From a bacterium (GTDB lineage: Bacteria > SAR324 > NAC60-12): 64,000 nt of DNA. The notes below the pieces were generated by a model. It did not search any database. It was not told the origin of the DNA and saw only the letters and a program-made list of their open reading frames with translations. The stretch lies in assembly GCA_965233585.1 (NCBI GenBank), contig CBDDTI010000745.1, positions 256,001 through 320,000 on the forward strand, given 5' to 3'. Positions 39,421 to 49,477 of this stretch are shown here, in pieces. The translations under genes were made by a program, and so were the position numbers. Numbering within the stretch: the stretch's first letter is position 1; each line of letters begins with the position of its first letter.

Positions 39421-39518
39421 AAATTTTTTGGGTATAAAATCACTTGCTCATTTTTCATAAGTATCATAATCTTGCCTCTTGTTGTGAGTCAGTCAATTCA
39501 CAACCGATTGTCCTTTGA

Positions 39519-40889
<1,371 letters not shown>

Positions 40890-40954
40890 GCTCCAATTCA
40901 TTCTGACAACTCTTCGTTTGCTAAAACCCTCCTTCTTCTATGAAAGGCTAGAGT

Positions 40955-42244
40955 ATGACATTTTCTTATGCTGTTTTTTCTGCAGATTCTGCAAAGAATC
41001 TTTTACAACTCTTGCAAGACACGCTTCAAAAAATCCAATCTTCTCCTCAAGAGACTTGGGAGGAGATTCAGCAAAAAACGCAAGTCCTTTCCCCTGATGA
41101 GCATCGCCTTGGATTTGCTGTTTCTTCCCTTGAACAAGTCAAAGAATTTTTGGAACTAGCACATTCTGAATTGACTAACAAGCAAGGAGAAGAGTCTTTT
41201 GAGATACGAAAAGGCATTTTTTATCGTCAGAGGGGGCTTTCTCGTTCTGACAAAATTGCTGTTCTTTTCCCAGGTCAAGGGTCACAGTATGTCAACATGG
41301 GCGAGGGGTTACAGGAACATGAACCCCAATTTGCAGAGGCGTTGAAATCTCTTGATTCTATGATGGAAAAAGATGGCAGAGTCAAACTGTCCAACGTCCT
41401 TTTTCCAAATTTGACCGATGACAAAGAAGAGAAATCAAAACAGGAACTTCAGTTGACCCAAACAGAAAATGCACAACCTGCGATTGGTGTGTTGAGTGTG
41501 GGCTTATTTCATCTTTTGAAAAAATATGGAGTCAAAGCAGACGCTTTTGCAGGACATAGCTTTGGTGAACTCACAGCACTTTGGGCAGGTGGTTACTTAG
41601 ATGATGAGTCGTATTTGTTTCTGGCAAAAGAGAGAGGTCGTGTGATGAGGGCTAAGGACGAGTCAAATTTTGATGCAGGTGCGATGGTTGCCGTCAAAGG
41701 TGAGACTCAATTAGTGCAAGAGATTGTCAAGGAACTGCCTGATGTGCAAATTGCAAATCTCAACTCTTCTTCCCAAGTTGTGGTAGCAGGTGCAACAAAA
41801 GCGATTGAGCATGCCAAGGAGAAGCTCAAAGAACAAAAACTCAAAGTGATTCCTCTGCCTGTTTCTGCTGCTTTTCATACCAATTTAGTTGCATTTGCTC
41901 AAGAACCTTTTGCTACTTCTATTCAAAAAGTCAACTTTCAAAATCCTCACACTCCAGTCTTTTCCAATACAACAGGTCAAGAATATCCTCAAAGCGGTGC
42001 TTCTGAACTCTTGCAAAAGCAGATGGTCAATTCTGTTCTTTTTAAAACAGAAATAGAAACCATGTATCAACAAGGCATCAGAATTTTTATAGAATGCGGA
42101 CCCAAAAATGTGCTGTGCGGATTGGTCGCAGATATTTTAAAAGGTCTGGCTCACGAGACAATCCCTTTAAATCTCAATGCAAAGCAAAACGCATGGTTTC
42201 AGTTTAACCAAGGATTGGCGAAACTGGCAGTTTTGGGAGTTTAA
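40955..42244 (+). CDS. Stand-alone PKS/PfaA-type malonyl-CoA acyltransferase domain protein
   Basis: LFPGQGSQY, AQPAI, GHSFGE, LPVSAAFHT, FIECGPK; N-terminal KS-AT linker-like segment, no KS. Confidence 0.85.
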   Translation: MTFSYAVFSADSAKNLLQLLQDTLQKIQSSPQETWEEIQQKTQVLSPDEHRLGFAVSSLEQVKEFLELAHSELTNKQGEESFEIRKGIFYRQRGLSRSDKIAVLFPGQGSQYVNMGEGLQEHEPQFAEALKSLDSMMEKDGRVKLSNVLFPNLTDDKEEKSKQELQLTQTENAQPAIGVLSVGLFHLLKKYGVKADAFAGHSFGELTALWAGGYLDDESYLFLAKERGRVMRAKDESNFDAGAMVAVKGETQLVQEIVKELPDVQIANLNSSSQVVVAGATKAIEHAKEKLKEQKLKVIPLPVSAAFHTNLVAFAQEPFATSIQKVNFQNPHTPVFSNTTGQEYPQSGASELLQKQMVNSVLFKTEIETMYQQGIRIFIECGPKNVLCGLVADILKGLAHETIPLNLNAKQNAWFQFNQGLAKLAVLGV

Positions 42245-42279
42245 ACGATTTTTCTGCAAGTGTCAGTCAATGGCATCAA

Positions 42280-43605
42280 TCAATCGCCTTCTGTCTTCTG
42301 ATGTAAGCAACGTTCTAAATCTGAAATCAAAGTGACAGTTGCTTTTGTTTCTTGGAGGACTTGTAGCCGAGAGATTGTTTTTTCTAGTAGTGAGCAAAGC
42401 CATTCATGGGGGACAGTCATACGAAGATAATAGCGAATGGCTTGGCAAAAATAATGGATAAAACTGGCATAGGAGATAATGACTGCCTCTTCTGTTTTGT
42501 CAGCTGGTTTGAATCCAATTTTTTTAATTGCTTGACCATACAACGAATGCACTTGACGGAAAAGAGCTTTGATTTCTTCAATGGTTTCCTTATTTTCAAT
42601 CCCGTTTTGAATTTGAGTGATGCGACTGAAAATGTGGCTTGTCAAAATTTTAGCTTCAATATGATAAATAGCAGGTGTGTCTGGCTCTATCTTTTTGAGA
42701 ATATCAATAAACTTCAACGTTTCTTTTTCTAAGATTTGAATACCACGAAGGAGTTGCAACACATGAACTGCAGACTTGACAAGATTCTGCTTTTTTTCAT
42801 TTCGGGATTCACTATCTTGCTCAAGTACAAAATCAAGAATTTGACTTTCCGTCACAAAATGATGCTTCAGGGGAATACTTCTTAAAATTTGTTGACTGTG
42901 TTGTTGATAACTTGTCAAGAGTTGAACATTGATCTCCATTCCTTGTATGTATTCTTCCAACTGCTTGCGATTCAACTGATACACATTTTTAGCAGTGCCA
43001 GTTGCACTCCCCGGTGAATTTAACTTTCTTTGAACAGATTTGATTTCTGTTTTGCAACGAGAAATCACTTTTTGGAAATAAACATGCTGAATGTTTAATG
43101 TTTTTTGCAACACAAGACTACTAAAACGTCCATAAGTGGAACAAAGCAATGACTGAAGTAGCAAAATCCGTAATTGATCCACAGAAAATTCACGACCACT
43201 TCTTAGAACATGGGACACGAGTTCTATGCGAGTTTCAATATCTTGGGGATCAGACTTGAGAATCTTGACTAAGTCTTTAGATTTTTTGGTAGGGTGCAAG
43301 GCTAGCAAATCCTGGGCAAATAAACCGGGTGAGTGTTTTTTTTTGAACAAAAGCAACAGTTGTTTGACCAAAAAGTGTTTAGATTGCCAGAGTTCAATCT
43401 CTTCAAGGCGGATTTCTAGATCGTTTCTCCAAGTATCAATTAAACCCGGAACATTTCCAATGTTATCCAGCTTGAGCGGTTTTTGTCCAAAGCCTTGTTT
43501 TTTTTCTTTTAGTTTCGCTTGAAAATGAGAAAGATGTTCACTCACAATCTGGCTTTTGTCATCTACATCAATGGTAATTTTTTCTGTTCCTGTTAGCTCT
43601 TCCAA
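42280..43605 (-). CDS. Hypothetical helical protein
   Basis: 441-aa ORF with no recognised motif. Confidence 0.75.
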   Translation of the reverse strand: MEELTGTEKITIDVDDKSQIVSEHLSHFQAKLKEKKQGFGQKPLKLDNIGNVPGLIDTWRNDLEIRLEEIELWQSKHFLVKQLLLLFKKKHSPGLFAQDLLALHPTKKSKDLVKILKSDPQDIETRIELVSHVLRSGREFSVDQLRILLLQSLLCSTYGRFSSLVLQKTLNIQHVYFQKVISRCKTEIKSVQRKLNSPGSATGTAKNVYQLNRKQLEEYIQGMEINVQLLTSYQQHSQQILRSIPLKHHFVTESQILDFVLEQDSESRNEKKQNLVKSAVHVLQLLRGIQILEKETLKFIDILKKIEPDTPAIYHIEAKILTSHIFSRITQIQNGIENKETIEEIKALFRQVHSLYGQAIKKIGFKPADKTEEAVIISYASFIHYFCQAIRYYLRMTVPHEWLCSLLEKTISRLQVLQETKATVTLISDLERCLHQKTEGD

Positions 43606-43724
43606 TTTGATTTTAAAGTGAGAGTTGATTCAGTCAACGGTGTATTAGAGTATTTTGAGATGAAAAATTAAGATAAGACATGACAAAAAACAGCATTTTT
43701 TCAAAAAATTAGCAAAATTTACGC

Positions 43725-45317
43725 CTAAAAATCAAATATTGAAGGATATACAAAGTTAAAAGTCACAATCAAATACTTTTCTTCAAAGTCTTCAGGCAAA
43801 TCTGATAAATCTGCCGCACCAATCACAGCATCTAATACAGAATTGACCATCAAAGTACTGACATCATAGTTTAACACCTCATAACTGATTAAGTCCCCAT
43901 GTTGGTCCAGTGTGACGCTGACTTGGACAGTTCCACCTTGTGGCACTTGTCCCGAAATATAATCAGTGGGCGGAGAGTTTTCCCAGTGTGCAATCAAGAT
44001 TTTTGCCCAGTATCCCATGTAAGATTCATACTGCCAATTATAGTTATTAAGCTGGTAAAAGTTCCGATTGTTTGTCTCCCAAGCTCCATTTTGGATTCCG
44101 TCTTGTGGAGGTTGAATGCTAATTTTAGGGGTTGAATTTGCTGGTTGTTCAGAAAATAAATAATTTTCAGCTAACGGTGCAAGTAGATTTTGTTGTTGAC
44201 CTTTTCCCTCGGTTGTGGGTTCATCTGCTATTTGGGGTAATTCATTAGTCTGGTTTGTTTTTTCTTCTTGTTGCTGTAAAGGTTCTTTGATTTCAGCCTG
44301 TTGTGCAGTGCTTGGTAAATCATTTGGAGAAACCTTTTGGCGAATAGTCTGGTTTGTGTTTTCTTCTTGTTGCTGTAAAGGTTCTTTGATTTCAGACTGT
44401 TGTGCAGTGCTTGGTAAATCATTCGGAGAAACCTTTTGGCGAATAGTCTGGTTTGTGTTTTCTTCTTGTTGCTGTAAAGGTTCTTTGATTTCAGACTGTT
44501 GTGCAGTGCTTGGTAAATCATTCGGAGAAACCTTTTGGCGAATAGTCTGGTTTGTGTTTTCTTCTTGTTGCTGTAAAGGTTCTTTGATTTCAGACTGTTG
44601 TGCAGTGCTTGGTAAATCATTTTTTGTCTCAGTTGGTTGTTCTAAAGGCTTCGCTTGGTTTTGGATTTCTGGTTTTTGTTGTAAAGATAATTCTTTAGCT
44701 TTGACAGTATTGCTTCTTCTTTGTTGAGGAGGGGAAAGGATTTTTTCTTTTTGAGGTTTTTGTATAGGTTTGACTGATTGTTTTGGGGCTGGTTCTGGAA
44801 TCAGGCGGGGTGCCGCTTCTGCTGCCTTGAGGTTTTTGATACTCAGCTTTTTCTTTTCATCTTCTGGAATCAAACGATTTAACAGAACCTCGTCTTCTTT
44901 AATGGGCTTGACTTCTTTGAGTGGTGGAGGAGGAACTTCTTTAGGAGGTGTCTCTTTTTTCTCTGGAGGAACTTCTCTAGGGGTGTTGTCTTTTGGAGTT
45001 AAGGATTTTGGAATAGTCTGTTTAAGAGTATTGTCTTTTGGAGTTAAAGGTTTTGGGGCAGTCTGTGGAGGAGGGACTTCTTTCTTTTTTTGGGGTGTAG
45101 GATTGATTGTTTCAGGAGGTATGACAGATGTTTCAGAAAAATCAATCAAGATGGTGTCGTCAGGAGTAGAAGAACGAGTCTGGCTTAACCATGAATTGAA
45201 TTGTGAAAATAAGAGCAAATGAATGATGAGAGCAAAGAGAAAAGCACTAGCTTGGAAGTGATGGGATTTAATCAGGTGAATCAAATGCCCTTGGGGCATA
45301 GAAGTAACCATTTTCAA
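43725..45317 (-). CDS. TonB/TolA-like protein: TM, Pro/Lys/Gln-rich linker with repeats, C-terminal domain
   Basis: ALIIHLLL TM with His; PK/PP-rich linker; C-terminal Y...W.PP..G.V.V.VTLD..G.L...LP..F....L.V.F.F.Y; true start may be ATG 45299. Confidence 0.75.
   Translation of the reverse strand: MKMVTSMPQGHLIHLIKSHHFQASAFLFALIIHLLLFSQFNSWLSQTRSSTPDDTILIDFSETSVIPPETINPTPQKKKEVPPPQTAPKPLTPKDNTLKQTIPKSLTPKDNTPREVPPEKKETPPKEVPPPPLKEVKPIKEDEVLLNRLIPEDEKKKLSIKNLKAAEAAPRLIPEPAPKQSVKPIQKPQKEKILSPPQQRRSNTVKAKELSLQQKPEIQNQAKPLEQPTETKNDLPSTAQQSEIKEPLQQQEENTNQTIRQKVSPNDLPSTAQQSEIKEPLQQQEENTNQTIRQKVSPNDLPSTAQQSEIKEPLQQQEENTNQTIRQKVSPNDLPSTAQQAEIKEPLQQQEEKTNQTNELPQIADEPTTEGKGQQQNLLAPLAENYLFSEQPANSTPKISIQPPQDGIQNGAWETNNRNFYQLNNYNWQYESYMGYWAKILIAHWENSPPTDYISGQVPQGGTVQVSVTLDQHGDLISYEVLNYDVSTLMVNSVLDAVIGAADLSDLPEDFEEKYLIVTFNFVYPSIFDF
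44246..44621. repeat. About 3.8 copies of a 99-bp (33-aa) tandem repeat
   Basis: TAGTCTGGTTTG at 44246, 44345, 44444, 44543; NDLPSTAQQSEIKEPLQQQEENTNQTIRQKVSP. Confidence 0.95.
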
Positions 45318-45552
45318 CAGAAGGACTAAAAGATTCAGGTGTGCTTTCTTGTGTTACAGAAACATCTTGACGAAAAAGTTGCATAGACGTTTCATCACGG
45401 TCTTTGTTTTGTTCTGTCATTTCCAAATGATCCAACATCTGAAAATACTCCAAAATCTCTGAAAATTGTTTTGCAAATTGTTGCTTTTCATTCTCATTTA
45501 GTTCCAATGCTGCAAGTTTTGCAACCCTTTCAGCATCTTCAGTATTCCACAT
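45268..45552 (-). CDS. gatC: Asp/Glu-tRNA amidotransferase subunit C
   Basis: VAKLAALEL...E...F..Q.SEILEYF..L, FRQD, ENGYF.AP. Confidence 0.88.
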   Translation of the reverse strand: MWNTEDAERVAKLAALELNENEKQQFAKQFSEILEYFQMLDHLEMTEQNKDRDETSMQLFRQDVSVTQESTPESFSPSVENGYFYAPRAFDSPD

Positions 45553-45574
45553 ACAAATTCCTAACTTCAAAATC

Positions 45575-46021
45575 TTATGATGCGATCATGAGTTTCAACT
45601 TCACATCAGCAGTTGCTACAACCTGCTCATTCACGCAAGCTACACCTTTGATGAAGCAAAAACTTTTTCGTTCAGAAAGAATCCACGCCTCAAGAATCAA
45701 CTGATCACCAGGAACGACAGGTTGTTTAAAACGAGAAGAATCTACTCCTCCAAGTAAAAACGCAACATCACTTGGATTCGCTTTGGATTGAGAAATAGCA
45801 ATGCCAGCCGCTTGAGTCAGTGCTTCTATAATTAAGACCCCTGGCATCACAGGATTATTAGGGAAATGTCCTTGAAAAAAAGGCTCGCTCCCTGAAACAT
45901 TCTTGACTGCTTTGCAGTACGTCCCTTCCTTCACCTCTAAAACACGGTCTAATAGCAAAAAAGGATAGCGGTGTGGGATAGCATCTTGGATTTGCTTGAA
46001 ATCTAGCATCATATTTTTCAA
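45575..46021 (-). CDS. fabZ: 3-hydroxyacyl-ACP dehydratase
   Basis: IPHRYPFLLLDRV, FFQGHFP..PVMPGVLIIEA, VVPGDQL. Confidence 0.96.
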   Translation of the reverse strand: MKNMMLDFKQIQDAIPHRYPFLLLDRVLEVKEGTYCKAVKNVSGSEPFFQGHFPNNPVMPGVLIIEALTQAAGIAISQSKANPSDVAFLLGGVDSSRFKQPVVPGDQLILEAWILSERKSFCFIKGVACVNEQVVATADVKLKLMIAS

Positions 46022-46569
46022 TTTGAAGATTTATCCGACTCTTGAACAGGCACTTGTAAAGTGTTGTACTGATCTATGACCTTCTGTGTAATATCCTCAA
46101 AACTATAACGGCTGAATAGAATAATTTGGGCTGCATTCTTTTCAAGCACGAAGTCGTATCCGTCTTTAAGGCTGATTGTGCGAATAGTTGGTCTTAGTTC
46201 CTGAAACACGGCTTGAGTGAGTCGCCTTTCTTCTTGCCGCAAACTCGCTTCAATTTGTTGGGTTTCTCTGCGAAACTCTTGTTCTCGCTGAAGCAATTCT
46301 TGCTCTTTCTTTTGTCTTGCCTCTGGGGTGAGAAGCAAATTGTTACGCAACTCTGCAATTTCTCTGCGAAGGTCTTGCCCTTTTAAATTCAACTCTTCTC
46401 GGCGAGAACGGACTTTAGATTCTAGTGAATTTTTAATCTGTATGCCTTTTTGTGATTCATTCAAAGCACGATTCATGTCCACAACTGCAACTTTAATGTT
46501 TTGTGCATAAACCCAGCCTGAAAGAACAAAAAAGAACGAACCAAGTATCAAAAATTGTAACGATTTCAT
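46018..46569 (-). CDS. skp: OmpH/Skp periplasmic chaperone
   Basis: Signal peptide, KVAVVD, coiled coil, GYDFVL, DIT..VI; upstream of fabZ. Confidence 0.88.
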   Translation of the reverse strand: MKSLQFLILGSFFFVLSGWVYAQNIKVAVVDMNRALNESQKGIQIKNSLESKVRSRREELNLKGQDLRREIAELRNNLLLTPEARQKKEQELLQREQEFRRETQQIEASLRQEERRLTQAVFQELRPTIRTISLKDGYDFVLEKNAAQIILFSRYSFEDITQKVIDQYNTLQVPVQESDKSSN

Positions 46570-46587
46570 AAGATAAAAATGGAGTAG

Positions 46588-48477
46588 TTAAATAAAAATA
46601 AGATACCAACCTATCACAACAGCACCCAACATGAAAAACATGATGTATTGTTGGATAGACCCACCGACTACAACTTGTAAACCTCTTGCGCTTTGTTTAC
46701 AAAATGTAGCAAAAGTCACAATGATACCATTAATGACAAAAAAATCCAAAATTTTGTACAAAATATACTTTGAAAAATAACGAAGAGGCAACACTATGAC
46801 AATTTGGTAGAGTTCATCAACATAAAATTTGTTGAATAAGAGGCGATGCAGACCTACTAACTTTGTCTGCAAATGAGCTACTTTGTTCAACTCTGTATCA
46901 TAGAGAGATTTGGCAAACCATGCAGCAAAGACAGCACCTAACACAGAAGACGCCATTAAAACAATCTCTTCAACGGCACTACCAGAGATGAATTGTTCAG
47001 GAAAGACTCCATCAAAATACAAATTTAAAAAATGTGGTGCATAAAAAATATGAGGAATGCCAACAAATCCCCCAAAAACTGCCAAGACAGCCAAAAGAGC
47101 AAGAGGGATTCTCATTGTATATGGTGATTCGTGAACATGTAACAATTTCTTTGGGTCAAGCCTTGATTTTCCTCCAAACGTCAGAAAGAACAGTCGGAAC
47201 ATATAAAATGCCGTCAATAAAGAAGTTCCCCATGCCACAAACCAAAATGGTTTCCATTGAGAGTTCCAAATGTGCCACAAGATTTCATCTTTACTAAAAA
47301 AACCACTCAATGGCGCAATGCCTGCGATTGCAAGAGTTCCACACAACATCATCAAATAAGTAAACGGCAACTTCTTTCTAAGCCCTCCCATCTTGCATAA
47401 ATTTTGTTCATGGTGTAAAGAATGAATAACCGCACCCGCACCAAGAAATAAGAGAGCTTTAAAAAACGCATGGGTGAGAACATGGAAGACTCCGCTTGTG
47501 AACGCACCAACTCCCATCGCCATAAACATATACCCTAACTGGCTGACAGTAGAGTATGCCAGTACTTTTTTGATGTCTGTTTGCGTGATTGCCATCAATG
47601 CTGCCAATAATGCTGTCAGCATTCCCACAAAAAAGATGAGTTGCATGATGCTGGGTGAGAGAATGAAAAGCTCGCTTAATCTTGCAATCAGGTATAGCCC
47701 TGACGTCACCATAGTCGCAGCATGAATGAGAGCAGAAACGGGGGTCGGTCCCTCCATCGCATCAGGAAGCCAGATATAAAGGGGAAGTTGAGCAGACTTG
47801 GCAGTAGTTGCCCAAAGCAGTCCCAAAAGTCCTAAATTCAATGCCCATGGGGTTGCCTCCAGAATAGATTTTCCTCCTAGAATTTCAGAAAAACTGACTC
47901 CCCCTAAAAAAGCAAAAAAGACCATCAGAGCTATGACAAATCCAAAATCACCAATGCGGTTGACAATAAAGGCTTTTTGCCCTGCCTTTGCTGCCTCATC
48001 TTTGTTCAAATAAAAACCAATGAGAAGATATGAACATAAACCGACCCCTTCCCAGCCCACAAAAAGTAAAATTAAATTGTCTGCTAAGATAAGAGTCAAC
48101 ATAAAAAAGATGAACAAATTGAGATAGGCAAAGAAACGATAGCTTCCCTTCTCTTCTGACATGTAGCCAATAGAATACAAATGAATCAATGAGGCAATGC
48201 CTGTAATAAATAAGCTAAACAGGGCAGAAAGAGTATTGAGTTCCAAAGTTGCAGAAAATGTTGTCTCACCTAGCATGACCCATTGATACAAATGTTCTTT
48301 GAGTGGAGAACCTGACTCCTTCATTTGGAAAAAGAGCAACACTGCTTGAACAAATGCACCGCTCACTGCCAAAGTGGCAATCCACCCTGAAGTCCTATGA
48401 GACAAAGAACGACCTACAATGCTATTGATGAGAAAACCTAATAAAGGAAGTAATAAAAGCAGACTGATATTGCTCAT
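46588..48477 (-). CDS. nuoL: NADH-quinone oxidoreductase subunit L
   Basis: GWEGVGLCSYLLIGF, KSAQLPL..WLPDAMEGPTPVSALIHAATMV, HAFFKALLFL. Confidence 0.96.
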   Translation of the reverse strand: MSNISLLLLLPLLGFLINSIVGRSLSHRTSGWIATLAVSGAFVQAVLLFFQMKESGSPLKEHLYQWVMLGETTFSATLELNTLSALFSLFITGIASLIHLYSIGYMSEEKGSYRFFAYLNLFIFFMLTLILADNLILLFVGWEGVGLCSYLLIGFYLNKDEAAKAGQKAFIVNRIGDFGFVIALMVFFAFLGGVSFSEILGGKSILEATPWALNLGLLGLLWATTAKSAQLPLYIWLPDAMEGPTPVSALIHAATMVTSGLYLIARLSELFILSPSIMQLIFFVGMLTALLAALMAITQTDIKKVLAYSTVSQLGYMFMAMGVGAFTSGVFHVLTHAFFKALLFLGAGAVIHSLHHEQNLCKMGGLRKKLPFTYLMMLCGTLAIAGIAPLSGFFSKDEILWHIWNSQWKPFWFVAWGTSLLTAFYMFRLFFLTFGGKSRLDPKKLLHVHESPYTMRIPLALLAVLAVFGGFVGIPHIFYAPHFLNLYFDGVFPEQFISGSAVEEIVLMASSVLGAVFAAWFAKSLYDTELNKVAHLQTKLVGLHRLLFNKFYVDELYQIVIVLPLRYFSKYILYKILDFFVINGIIVTFATFCKQSARGLQVVVGGSIQQYIMFFMLGAVVIGWYLIFI

Positions 48478-48782
48478 TTTTTTTCAGACAATAAAGTTAA
48501 ATTTTCAATGCTGAGGTCATTTAGTTTTCTGTAAATGGCTAAGATGATAGAAAGCCCGACAACTACTTCAGGTGCGGCAATGACGATTGTAAAAAAGGTC
48601 ATCATCATACCATCAAGCGAGTCTATTTGCCTTGCAAAGGTGATGAAAGCAAGGTTTGCTGCATTGAGAATCAATTCTACGGACATTAAAACAACAATTA
48701 AATTGCGTCTTGTGACCATTCCTAAAATTCCAATAGAAAACAAAGCAATGCTTAAAAACAGAGTATATTCGGCAGGAATCAT
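48474..48782 (-). CDS. nuoK: NADH-quinone oxidoreductase subunit K
   Basis: LFSIG..G...RRN...LMSVELILNA. Confidence 0.94.
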   Translation of the reverse strand: MIPAEYTLFLSIALFSIGILGMVTRRNLIVVLMSVELILNAANLAFITFARQIDSLDGMMMTFFTIVIAAPEVVVGLSIILAIYRKLNDLSIENLTLLSEKK

Positions 48783-48959
48783 GATTGTGAAAAAATGGAG
48801 ATCATTGAATGGATTGAATGAAAAGTGGGTTTGAGAGGCTTAATCTTAAATCAGGAACAACGTCAGTGCATTTGGAACGCATGGATTTCGCAGGCATTGA
48901 TGAGCTTGTCATCTAAATCACGAGTCGTTCATCAAGAACTTTTGAGTCAAACATGAGGG

Positions 48960-49475
48960 TTAAGTTTTTTTGGGTTTTTGTTTGGCAATCGCAACAGCAC
49001 CCATGACTGAAATCAAGAAAAGTAGAGAGACCGCTTCAAAAGGCACAAGATACTTTCCATAAAGAAAATCACCAACCAACTTGACAAATCCTTTTTCTTG
49101 AATGAATTGCACAGAATAAATATCGCGTTGGTCGCTCCATTTGGCAACCATGATGATTCCCATAGCTTGCACCATAAAAAATCCTACCAAAACCATTCCG
49201 CCAATTTTATACCATTTGAAAGTGATTTTTTCAGTTTTAGGCTGAATCCGTAGCAACATGATGATGAACAAAAATAGCACCATAATTGCCCCAGCATAGA
49301 TCAGAATTTGCACCATCGCAATAAACTCTGCATTCATTAGAATGTAAATTGCCCCAAGCGAAACAAACGAACTGACTAATGAAAGACCGCAATAAATGGG
49401 ATTACGAAAAGAAATAGCCCCCAAAGCACCTAAAATGACACAGACACCAAAAAAATAAAAAAACAACAGAACCAT
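48960..49475 (-). CDS. nuoJ: NADH-quinone oxidoreductase subunit J
   Basis: RNPIY, AEFIAMVQILIYAGAIMVLFLF, PFEAVS. Confidence 0.94.
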   Translation of the reverse strand: MVLLFFYFFGVCVILGALGAISFRNPIYCGLSLVSSFVSLGAIYILMNAEFIAMVQILIYAGAIMVLFLFIIMLLRIQPKTEKITFKWYKIGGMVLVGFFMVQAMGIIMVAKWSDQRDIYSVQFIQEKGFVKLVGDFLYGKYLVPFEAVSLLFLISVMGAVAIAKQKPKKT

Positions 49476-49477
49476 GT

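Noticed and set aside
39405..39470. IS-derived hybrid promoter driving eno
   Set aside because: No convincing -35 in the IR at correct spacing from TATAAA/TAAAAT
44215..45222. Cys-rich repeat ORF (SSCCCKGSL) and neighbour on + strand
   Set aside because: Antisense translation of the Gln/Pro-rich TonB-like linker
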